From assembly GCA_965217585.1 (NCBI GenBank), contig OZ244561.1, forward strand, positions 2,592,001 to 2,656,000: 64,000 nucleotides of DNA. The letters run 5' to 3'. A program made the position numbers and the translations under genes. Below the pieces are notes generated by a model. That model saw only the letters and a list, made by a program, of their open reading frames with translations. It made no database searches and had not been told where the DNA came from. How positions within the stretch are numbered: the stretch's first letter is position 1; each line of letters opens with the position of its first letter. This DNA is from Candidatus Latescibacterota bacterium (GTDB lineage: Bacteria; Latescibacterota; UBA2968; UBA8231). Below, piece by piece: positions 9,511 to 18,039 of the stretch.

Positions 9511-12500
9511 TTGAGAATGGATATGTTCCCAAAGTTGACATTAGTGCTTCTCCTCTGCCTAAGCACCCAGAGTTGGGCGCAAACGAGCGCAGAGGATGAC
9601 TTCAAACTGGCCCGCAACCTCTTCCGGGACGCCGGCGACTATGCCACGGCCGCCGCGTTATTCGCCGAGTTTATTCACAACTATCCCGATTATCCGCAAC
9701 TGGCCGAGGCCCGCTTGATGCTAGCGCGTGCGTACCGCCAGAGCGGCCGTTGCGACTTAGCGGTGCCAGCCTACGAGACGTTTTATCTCGAACATCCCGA
9801 TCACTTGAGCACCGCCGACGCACGGCGCGAGCGAGCGGCCTGTTTGGCCGAACAAGGTGAATACTTGCTAGCTGCCCGGTCATACGAAGAGGTACAGCGT
9901 CGTTTCAGTGCCAGCAAATTCGCCGCCAGTGCCCTGATTGACGCAGCGGTTAATTATACCCGCGTCGAAAACTTGCGGCAAGCCGAAGCGGCTTATGGAC
10001 GCCTGCTGACCGACTACGCGACTTCTGCCCAAGTGCATTTGGCGCGCTATCGGATGGCCCAGTTGCGCTTTGCCGCTGGTCGAGCCGAAGAAGCTCAACA
10101 GCTCCTTGGACAAATCGCCGCCACTACACCGCCGCCGCCTGAGGCCCCGAGCGCCCTGCTCCTCGGAGGGCGCATCGCGCTCTTTATGGGCAACAGGGAA
10201 ACCGCTGAGAAGCGATTCAAATCGCTGGAGCGGCGCTTTCCCTCGGCGGCGCAGACCGACAGTGCCTATCTAGATCGCGCAGGCTATCTCTATAGATCGC
10301 GCCTCTTTCGCCAAGCCGGGGACGCCTATCAGCGGGCCTTTAACAAAATTGACGACCGCTCCCTCAAAGAACACGCGCTTCTAGGGCTAGCCGATGCCCG
10401 GCGCCAGAGTCGGCAGACGCGCCAAGCAATCGCCCATTACAACGAGCTAAGCGCCACTCTCCAACCCGACCATCCCGCGTACCTCAAGGCGCGGCTAGGC
10501 AGAGCCATCGCTCTAGGCCAAGCCGGACAATTCGCCCTCGCGGTAGGTCTGTTTCAAGGATTGATCCAGACCGGCGACAGCCCCGAAGCCATCAGTGCCC
10601 TGAGAGAACTGGGCGTCCTCTATAAGCGGCGCGGCGACCATAGCCGCGCGATAACTTGGTATCGCCGCTACCTACAGGAAGCCGATGCGGCCGCCGACGC
10701 CGACGCCGTGCGCTTTGAGCTCGCCGCACTCTATGACTCAACCGGCTACTACGAAGAAGCCATCGCTCTCTATCGCCGGCTAGCGTCGGGCCAAGACGAG
10801 GTAGCAACCAACGCGCAATTCGCCCTCGCCCAAACCTTTGAGCAAAGTGGACAGCCGCGTACGGCGCTGCGCGAATACGTAGCCTTTCTCGAACTCTTTC
10901 CCGCCGACCGCCAGAGTGAGGAGGTGCGCCAGCGAATCGAATATCTGCGCGAGTTCACCGTCTTGGACCCGGCCGGCCTCAACCGGGCCTTACAAAAAGC
11001 CTGGATCGACGAGTTGAGCGGCAAGTCGCGCCAGATAGTGCAGCTAGATGTCGCCCGGGTGCTATTCTCGCACCACGATTTTGTAGCTGCCGCCCAATCT
11101 TTCAAACACTACGCCACGGCCTATCCAGACGACCACAATAGCAACGAGGCACAGTACTTTCTGGCCGAAAGTCTGCTCCGGCTCGCTCGCCAACGTCAGC
11201 TAGAGGTGCAGCTTGCCAGCGCGGACTCGCTGCGGGCTCTAGCCCTACGGGAATACCGCATTCTCGCCGAGCAATCCCCCACCGACAGCACTATTCTCGC
11301 CGAGCAATCCCCCACCGACAGCACTATTCTCGCCGAGCAATCCCCCACCGACAGCACTATTCTCGCCGAGCAATCCCCCACCGACAGCACTTGGGCCCGG
11401 CGCGCACGACTGCGCCTTATTAAAATCGAAGCCGAGGACAGCCCCGATTCGCTGCGGTTATCCATTCTCGAAGAGGGGATTGCCGCTTTTGTCGCCGAGT
11501 TTTCCGAGAGCCGAGGGACCGACCTAGAACAAGCCCTTTTGCAGCTAGGCGATGCCCGCCGCCAACTCGGAGAGACCGACAGCACTTGGCTCGACGGGGC
11601 CATTGCAGCCTACGACCAGCTCCGCCGGCTCTCTTCTGACAGTCCACTCGTACCCCACGCTCTATATGGCAAGAGTCTTTGCCTAGTGCAAAAAGGCCAA
11701 CACAAAGCAGCGGCCGACTTGCTTGATCGCGTTTTGCAAGACTATCCCGACAGTCCGCTGACGGCACCGGTGCTCTTTGAGTTGGGCCATATCCGCTTGG
11801 CGCAGGAGCGGCCCCAAGAAGCCATCGCCCGACTGCAAGAGTTGCGCTGGGGCTACCCGGCCTTTCCCCAGCGCCGCGCCGCGCAGAAACTGTTGGGCGA
11901 CACCTATTTTCAGCTCGGCCAATACGCCGCTGCCATCGAGTTGTACCAACCGCTGGTCTCCAGCTCGACGATCACCGACGACAGAGGGCCGATCCTCCGA
12001 CGAATGGGCCGCGCGTACCATCACCTCAACCGCTATGGCGAGGCCATGGCGACCTATAGGCAAGTACTCGCCGAAGAGCCAAACCCGGCTGGGCTAGACA
12101 GCATTTACTTCGCCCAAGCGGTACTGCAACTGAGGTTAGGGCAAGAAGACGAGGCATCTCGGCTCTTCCAAAAGGTAGGCCGAGAGTTTGCATCCGGGGG
12201 ATTGGCGACCGAAGCCTCGGCGCGGGCCGGCCACATCGCCTTTGCCCGACAGAAATACAAAAAGGCCTACCAACTCTATCAGCCACTGCTGGAGCAGAGC
12301 GAGGATATCCTGATCCACGGACAAGCCGTCCTCTCCCTGCTCCGACTCAAGCGCCTAGAGGAAGGGCGCAAAGCAGCCAAGCGCTTTGCCAAGCGCTTCA
12401 AGGAGGAGACGGAGTGGCGTCAACACTTCCGGGTTGAGGAAGGGAAATACTATTTGCAGGCTGGTAACTACAAGAAGGCGTACGAGCTGTTTCAAGCGGT

Positions 12501-13284
12501 GGAAAAGCAAGGAGGTACGTGGGCCGACGACGGGGCCTATTGGATGGCCGTGACCCTGTGGAAGCGAAACAAGGTGACGCCCAGCGAGGAAGAGGCGGCG
12601 TACGCGTTAGAGGCCATATCGCGCTTTGTGCGGGAATATCCGACGAGTCCCCATGTAGCCGATGCCTACTTGCGCCTAGGCGGCTACCACTTTTCGCTGC
12701 ACAACTTCCTGCAAGCGGCAGGGGCCTACAAACACGCCTTGGACGCGCCAGAAGTCAGCCGCCAACAGGCCCAAGATGCGATGTGGAACCTCCTCAAGAG
12801 CTACCAAAGCGCCCACGAGTACGAGGCCGCCCACCAAGTGGCCAATCAGCTACTGAGCCAGTACCCCGAGCACCCCAAAGCCGTCGAGGTCCAACTCGAA
12901 CTGGGTATCATCCTCAAGAGTAAGGGCCAATACGCCCAAGCCGTTGAACAGCTAGACGACCTGCTCTCCCAACAGCTACTCGATGGCAATAGTGCTTCCG
13001 AAGCCCGGTTTTACATCGGCGAATCCTATCAGAATATGGGCGAGTATCGCAAAGCTATCCAAGCCTATTACAAGGTCAGCTACCACGGTGCCGAAGGACT
13101 CAGCATGTGGATCACCTCGGCGGATTTCCAGCGCGCCCGCTGCCACGAATCGCTGGGCGAACACGCCACGGCTATGACCATCTACGAGCGCATCGCACGT
13201 CGCGAAGGGGGCCAGAGTCCACAGGGGCAGCTAGCCCGCGAGCGGATCGAGACCCTGCGCCGCAAGCTGGAAACCCTCAACTGA
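9511..13284 (+). CDS. Large periplasmic TPR-repeat protein (CpoB/BamD-like repeats)
   Basis: Signal peptide followed by about 1230 aa of TPR-like helices with recurring YPDS/FP motifs. Confidence 0.9.
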   Translation: MRMDMFPKLTLVLLLCLSTQSWAQTSAEDDFKLARNLFRDAGDYATAAALFAEFIHNYPDYPQLAEARLMLARAYRQSGRCDLAVPAYETFYLEHPDHLSTADARRERAACLAEQGEYLLAARSYEEVQRRFSASKFAASALIDAAVNYTRVENLRQAEAAYGRLLTDYATSAQVHLARYRMAQLRFAAGRAEEAQQLLGQIAATTPPPPEAPSALLLGGRIALFMGNRETAEKRFKSLERRFPSAAQTDSAYLDRAGYLYRSRLFRQAGDAYQRAFNKIDDRSLKEHALLGLADARRQSRQTRQAIAHYNELSATLQPDHPAYLKARLGRAIALGQAGQFALAVGLFQGLIQTGDSPEAISALRELGVLYKRRGDHSRAITWYRRYLQEADAAADADAVRFELAALYDSTGYYEEAIALYRRLASGQDEVATNAQFALAQTFEQSGQPRTALREYVAFLELFPADRQSEEVRQRIEYLREFTVLDPAGLNRALQKAWIDELSGKSRQIVQLDVARVLFSHHDFVAAAQSFKHYATAYPDDHNSNEAQYFLAESLLRLARQRQLEVQLASADSLRALALREYRILAEQSPTDSTILAEQSPTDSTILAEQSPTDSTILAEQSPTDSTWARRARLRLIKIEAEDSPDSLRLSILEEGIAAFVAEFSESRGTDLEQALLQLGDARRQLGETDSTWLDGAIAAYDQLRRLSSDSPLVPHALYGKSLCLVQKGQHKAAADLLDRVLQDYPDSPLTAPVLFELGHIRLAQERPQEAIARLQELRWGYPAFPQRRAAQKLLGDTYFQLGQYAAAIELYQPLVSSSTITDDRGPILRRMGRAYHHLNRYGEAMATYRQVLAEEPNPAGLDSIYFAQAVLQLRLGQEDEASRLFQKVGREFASGGLATEASARAGHIAFARQKYKKAYQLYQPLLEQSEDILIHGQAVLSLLRLKRLEEGRKAAKRFAKRFKEETEWRQHFRVEEGKYYLQAGNYKKAYELFQAVEKQGGTWADDGAYWMAVTLWKRNKVTPSEEEAAYALEAISRFVREYPTSPHVADAYLRLGGYHFSLHNFLQAAGAYKHALDAPEVSRQQAQDAMWNLLKSYQSAHEYEAAHQVANQLLSQYPEHPKAVEVQLELGIILKSKGQYAQAVEQLDDLLSQQLLDGNSASEARFYIGESYQNMGEYRKAIQAYYKVSYHGAEGLSMWITSADFQRARCHESLGEHATAMTIYERIARREGGQSPQGQLARERIETLRRKLETLN
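11260..11391 (+). repeat. Perfect in-frame tandem repeat, 33 bp x4 (ILAEQSPTDST)
   Basis: ATTCTCGCCGAGCAATCCCCCACCGACAGCACT four times with no spacers. Confidence 0.98.
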
Positions 13285-13306
13285 GGATACGCCAGCAGGG
13301 AGTTCC

Positions 13307-14881
13307 ATGGTCCCGACTCAACGTCACATTTTGCTCCTGACCCAGCGAGCAGAACTGGAAGCGGACTTCAAGTCCGCGGTCCATAACGCGCGGCTACGCG
13401 TAATCAACTCGGCTAATGGCGATGCGCTTGGGCCACTGCTGCGGCGCGGGGTGGATCTGGTCGCCTTTGATATGGAACTCCCGCCCGCCGTCCTAGCAGA
13501 GGGTGTCGCCGCACTCGACCAGCACCGCGATGTGCCCGTACTAGGCTTGGGCAACGCCGATGAGAACTGGGACCGACTTTTGTGGGGCTCGCCTCTCAAA
13601 GACCAAGTCGCCGTGCCCTTTGAGGCCGAAGTCTTGCGCCAACATCTGGACCAGCTACTAGAGCGAGGCGACTTTTTGCAAGGGGTCGAGCTGGTGGGTC
13701 AGTCGCCCTTAATGCGCCAATTGCGCGAACGCATCTTAATCGTGGCACCGACGCCGGTTTCCTCTATCCTTCTGACGGGCGAAAGCGGCACCGGCAAGGA
13801 CCTAGTCGCCGAAGCGCTACATCGCTACAGTAGCCGGTGCGAACATCCTTTCCGCCCGCTCAACTGCGGTGCCATTCCGGAGAATCTGCTGGAAAACGAA
13901 CTCTTCGGGCACGAGAAAGGGGCCTTCACCGACGCCCGCGCCCAATACCAAGGCATCTTTGAACAAGCGAACCGCGGAACGGTCTTCCTAGACGAAATCG
14001 GCGAGATGTCGCTGGCGGCGCAAGTGCGCCTCTTGCGGGTCCTCGAACAGCGCGAGGTTGCCCGCATCGGCGGCAGCGCGCCTATCTCGGTGGATATTCG
14101 CGTCATTGCCGCGACCAACCGCGACCTACAAAAGGCGGTTGACCAGCGCGAGTTCCGCCTCGACCTATACCACCGGCTCAAGGTCGTCGAACTCGACATC
14201 CCCCCGCTGCGCCGCCGGGCCGAAGACATTCCCCTCTTGATCGAGCACTTCACCGGCGAGTTTACCCAGGGGAACAAGAGCCGCCTAGAGGGGTTCTCGT
14301 CCGCGGCGATGGACCTTTTGCAAAACTATGCTTGGCCTGGCAATGTGCGCGAGTTGCGCAACCTAATCGAGCACTTGGTCTTCCTCGCCCCGCGTGCCCT
14401 CGTCGAACCCGAAGACCTATTGCTCCACCTCGGGATCCAGCCCACGCGCCATTTGCCAGTACCAACCAACAAGACGCCGGATCAATCCGAGCGCGAGTTG
14501 ATCTACTTTGCTCTATTGGATCTCAAGCGCGAGGTCGCCGAGCTAAGAGCCTCGGTCGAGCGCAATGCCCCCATGATGCCGTCCTCTACGCCTCCCGTAG
14601 CACCAGCGGTCGTTCAGCCGATCGCGTCAGAGGAACCAAGCCAACCCATCTACCCGGTTGAGGACGCCCCATACAACCCCGCAGACCCCCAAAGGTCCGC
14701 GGCAATACGCATCTCCGAAAACGCAGCTATTGAGCCTTTGCGCACACTCAAAGACAGGGAGCGGGAAGCCATCGAACAGGCACTCGGCCGCGTCGGCGGC
14801 AATCGCCGGAAGGCAGCGGCAATCCTCGGCATCAGCGCCCGCACTCTCTACCGGAAGTTGAAGGAATACGACCTCGAATGA
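13307..14881 (+). CDS. Sigma-54-dependent Fis-family activator with a degenerate receiver domain
   Basis: GESGTGKD, GAFTDA, FLDEIGE, WPGNVREL, C-terminal HTH. Confidence 0.95.
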   Translation: MVPTQRHILLLTQRAELEADFKSAVHNARLRVINSANGDALGPLLRRGVDLVAFDMELPPAVLAEGVAALDQHRDVPVLGLGNADENWDRLLWGSPLKDQVAVPFEAEVLRQHLDQLLERGDFLQGVELVGQSPLMRQLRERILIVAPTPVSSILLTGESGTGKDLVAEALHRYSSRCEHPFRPLNCGAIPENLLENELFGHEKGAFTDARAQYQGIFEQANRGTVFLDEIGEMSLAAQVRLLRVLEQREVARIGGSAPISVDIRVIAATNRDLQKAVDQREFRLDLYHRLKVVELDIPPLRRRAEDIPLLIEHFTGEFTQGNKSRLEGFSSAAMDLLQNYAWPGNVRELRNLIEHLVFLAPRALVEPEDLLLHLGIQPTRHLPVPTNKTPDQSERELIYFALLDLKREVAELRASVERNAPMMPSSTPPVAPAVVQPIASEEPSQPIYPVEDAPYNPADPQRSAAIRISENAAIEPLRTLKDREREAIEQALGRVGGNRRKAAAILGISARTLYRKLKEYDLE

Positions 14882-16362
14882 GGTGGCGAGACTCGCTAAA
14901 TCCCTCCGCCCTGTTCAGCACGTGTCGCCCGTGGGTGGGCATCGCCTTTGCCGCGTTGCTCGCGGGCGCGCGCCCGGTCGGGGCGCAAATGCCGGTGGAG
15001 AGCACCCAGCCACTAGCGGATCTCAGCAGAGCTTTCCGCCAAGCTTATGAACAAGTGCGCCCGGCCGTGGTTTTAATCGCGGCGACGACCCGACCTCGGC
15101 CGAAGCGCGCATTGCCCCCCTTCCACCCGGAAATTCCCGACGAAGACTTTCGCGGCATCGGTTCGGGTACTATCGTCAGCGACGACGGCTACATTCTGAG
15201 CAATTACCACGTCGTCGCCGGTGCCGACTCCATCCAAGTCACTCTCGCTGACCGCCGCACCTATCAGGCCGAGGTCATCGGTTTCGATTCGCTGATTGAC
15301 ATAGCCCTACTCAAAGTCGAGGCACAAGGGCTACCTACTGTGCAGTTCGCCGACTCAGACCGGTTGCAAATCGGCGACTGGGTGCTGGCCATTGGCCATC
15401 CCTTAGGTATGGGGTCAACGCTGACGCACGGCATCGTCAGTGCCCTAGGGCGCCAAGCAGGCATTTTCGTCAACCCCAGAAGCGACGAAGAAAATCGCTA
15501 CGCCATCGAGAGTTTCATCCAGACCAATGCAGTGATTAACCCCGGTAACTCAGGCGGCCCTCTACTCGACCTACAGGGCAGAGTCGTAGGAATCAACACG
15601 GCCATTTCAACGCGCACCGGTTACTACATCGGCTATGGGCTTGCCGTGCCGATCAACTTGGCACGTGAAGTGGTAGATGATCTACTAGTCCATGGACGGA
15701 TCGTACGCGGCCATTTGGGTGTGGCCATGGCCCCAGAAATGACCCAAGAGCTAATCCGCGAGCACGGTCTCGGCATGGAACGGCCGCGGGGCGTCTACCT
15801 CATCCAAGTGCAGCCCAACAGCCCCGCCGAGCGCGGTGGCCTGCTCGTCGGGGACGTCATACTGTCGCTCGATGGTATCGCGGTGAACCACTTCAACCAC
15901 CTGCAGACACTGATCTACGGCCGCGATCCGGGCGAGACGGTCAACCTGCAAATCATGCGCCAGAACCAACTCCACCAAGTCGCCGTGGTGCTCGGCGAGC
16001 GCGAAGACGATCGGCTCCTCTCTGAGGGCCATCAGCGGCTAGCACAACTAGGGTTCTCAGTTGAATCCCTGCCCGCCGACTTGGCCACCGAGTTGGGCTT
16101 TGTCGGCGAGTTGGCGGCTGAACTGGGTTTTACACAAGGACAGGAGCCGGTGGTGGTAGTTGGCGTGGATCCGGACGGGCTGGCAGCGGACAAAGGCATC
16201 CAAGTGCGCGATGTGATTACCGAAGTGGATCAGGAGCGCGTTACCTCACTGGAGCAATTTGTGCGCTTTGTTTCCGAACTGGAAGAGGGACAGTCTGCGT
16301 TGTTTTGGCTTTGGCGGCCCGAGAACGGAATCGATGTCCGGGCGCTGAGGATTCCGGAGTAG
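14878..16362 (+). CDS. DegP/HtrA serine protease with two PDZ domains
   Basis: SNYHVV, DIALLK, INPGNSGGPL catalytic motifs. Confidence 0.95.
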   Translation: MRWRDSLNPSALFSTCRPWVGIAFAALLAGARPVGAQMPVESTQPLADLSRAFRQAYEQVRPAVVLIAATTRPRPKRALPPFHPEIPDEDFRGIGSGTIVSDDGYILSNYHVVAGADSIQVTLADRRTYQAEVIGFDSLIDIALLKVEAQGLPTVQFADSDRLQIGDWVLAIGHPLGMGSTLTHGIVSALGRQAGIFVNPRSDEENRYAIESFIQTNAVINPGNSGGPLLDLQGRVVGINTAISTRTGYYIGYGLAVPINLAREVVDDLLVHGRIVRGHLGVAMAPEMTQELIREHGLGMERPRGVYLIQVQPNSPAERGGLLVGDVILSLDGIAVNHFNHLQTLIYGRDPGETVNLQIMRQNQLHQVAVVLGEREDDRLLSEGHQRLAQLGFSVESLPADLATELGFVGELAAELGFTQGQEPVVVVGVDPDGLAADKGIQVRDVITEVDQERVTSLEQFVRFVSELEEGQSALFWLWRPENGIDVRALRIPE

Positions 16363-16366
16363 AAAC

Positions 16367-17506
16367 ATGACCCACGACCTAAAAGGCACCGATGCCCTGC
16401 TGATGATCGGCAGTAGCGAACGCTGCGCCAATCTGTTCTACGCCACTCGCTTTCGTGCCCCCGATCCCTTCGTCTTTCTGTGGACCCCCAGCGAAAAAAT
16501 CATGCTCGCCCACAACCTCGAAATCGACCGTGCGCACGACCAAGCCTGCGTAAACCGGGTATTGCCTTACGCCCAGTACGAGAAGCGGGCCAAGGAAAGA
16601 GGCCAGGAGCGGCCCAACAGCAACGCCGTCTTGTTGGAACTTTTGCGTGACCTCGGCTTAGAGAAACTGCAAGTACCCGCTGATTTTCCCCTTGGTACGG
16701 CCGATTTTCTGCGGGGGGAGGGCATTGAACTCGCCATTGCGGCCGAGCCGCTCTTTCCCCAGCGTAAGATCAAGGACTCCGGAGAGATCGAGGTCATGCG
16801 CCGGGCGATGAGAGCCGCCGAAGCGGGCATGGAAACGGCGATTGAGGGGCTGCGAGCCGCCGATGTGCGCGACGGCGTGCTCTTCCTCAACGGTGCCGTA
16901 CTCACTTCAGAGCGATTGCGGCGCATGGTGCATCAGACGCTAATGGACTGCGACAGCATTGGCGAACACACCATCATCGCCGGCGGCGACCAAGGCTGCG
17001 ACCCACATCAAGTGGGCTTTGGGCCTTTGCGCGCCAGTGAGACCATCATCATCGACATTTTTCCACGCGACGAGGCCAGCGGCTACTACGGAGATCTGAC
17101 GCGGACCGTTTGTAAGGGGCAGGCATCCAAGCCGATGCAGCACCTATACGAAACCGTGCTGGAGGCGCAACAATTGGGCTTAGACCACATCCGCCCGGGT
17201 GCTGAAGGCCACCTTATTCACGAATCAATCCAACGGTTTTTCGGCGATGCCGGCTACGAGACGGGAGAAAAAGATGGCTATATGCAGGGCTACATCCACA
17301 GCACTGGTCATGGGTTAGGTCTGGAGATCCACGAGGAGCCGAGGATCGGCCCGCACGGCGATGTGCTTGAGTCAGGCCATGTCGTGACGATGGAACCGGG
17401 ACTCTACTACCGAGGCTTAGGGGGCGTGCGGATCGAAGATACGGTCGTCGTTTGCCAAGGCGGCTATGAAAACCTATCCAGCCTGCCCAAGGTGCTCGAA
17501 GTGTGA
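16367..17506 (+). CDS. Xaa-Pro aminopeptidase (M24B)
   Basis: DLTRT, HSTGHGLGLEIHEEP, EPGLY, GVRIED. Confidence 0.95.
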   Translation: MTHDLKGTDALLMIGSSERCANLFYATRFRAPDPFVFLWTPSEKIMLAHNLEIDRAHDQACVNRVLPYAQYEKRAKERGQERPNSNAVLLELLRDLGLEKLQVPADFPLGTADFLRGEGIELAIAAEPLFPQRKIKDSGEIEVMRRAMRAAEAGMETAIEGLRAADVRDGVLFLNGAVLTSERLRRMVHQTLMDCDSIGEHTIIAGGDQGCDPHQVGFGPLRASETIIIDIFPRDEASGYYGDLTRTVCKGQASKPMQHLYETVLEAQQLGLDHIRPGAEGHLIHESIQRFFGDAGYETGEKDGYMQGYIHSTGHGLGLEIHEEPRIGPHGDVLESGHVVTMEPGLYYRGLGGVRIEDTVVVCQGGYENLSSLPKVLEV

Positions 17507-17571
17507 ACGCGGTCCTTTCGCCAACAGGAGTACTCGTTGACAAGAAAGGGAAATTGAGCAGATTTACTCTT

Positions 17572-18006
17572 ATGCGACGACACAAATTCACCCTCGGCTC
17601 CCTAGTCATTGCCGCTGGCTTGATTTACCTTTTTGCGGCCGGCTTCCAACAGTCGACGGCGACTCACATGACGCTGCAAACCCTGATGAACGGAGCTATC
17701 GACGCGGGCCAGCGCATCCAGCTAGGCGGCAGCACCGTGGTACCTGGTTCGATTGAGTGGGACCGGTATCGCTCGCGTCCCGAATTTGTGATTACCGACG
17801 GGCAACACACGCTGCGGGTGCGCTACATCGGACACGCAGTGCTGCCCGATACCTTCAAAGACGAGGCACTGGTAGTTCTCGAAGGCGAATACCAGCCAGC
17901 CGACCGGATCTTTGACGCTGAGATCGTCTTTGCCAAGTGCCCCTCCAAATACGAGGGGCAAAGCTATGAAGGCCACGTGCAGGCGATGAATAGCCCGAGC
18001 GGCTAG
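17572..18006 (+). CDS. ccmE: Heme chaperone CcmE, CxxxY variant
   Basis: LPDTFK..VVLEG..AKCPSKY; N-terminal membrane anchor; start placed at MRRHK. Confidence 0.9.
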   Translation: MRRHKFTLGSLVIAAGLIYLFAAGFQQSTATHMTLQTLMNGAIDAGQRIQLGGSTVVPGSIEWDRYRSRPEFVITDGQHTLRVRYIGHAVLPDTFKDEALVVLEGEYQPADRIFDAEIVFAKCPSKYEGQSYEGHVQAMNSPSG

Positions 18007-18039
18007 CCCGCAGCACCTTTTGGCTTTTCCCGACATTTT

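Noticed and set aside
9495-9520. Possible sigma-54 promoter TGGCATACTCTTGAG
   Set aside because: Lacks the -12 GC at the required spacing.
11260-11391. Possible CRISPR array
   Set aside because: Units are contiguous with no spacers, in frame within a CDS, and no cas genes are present.
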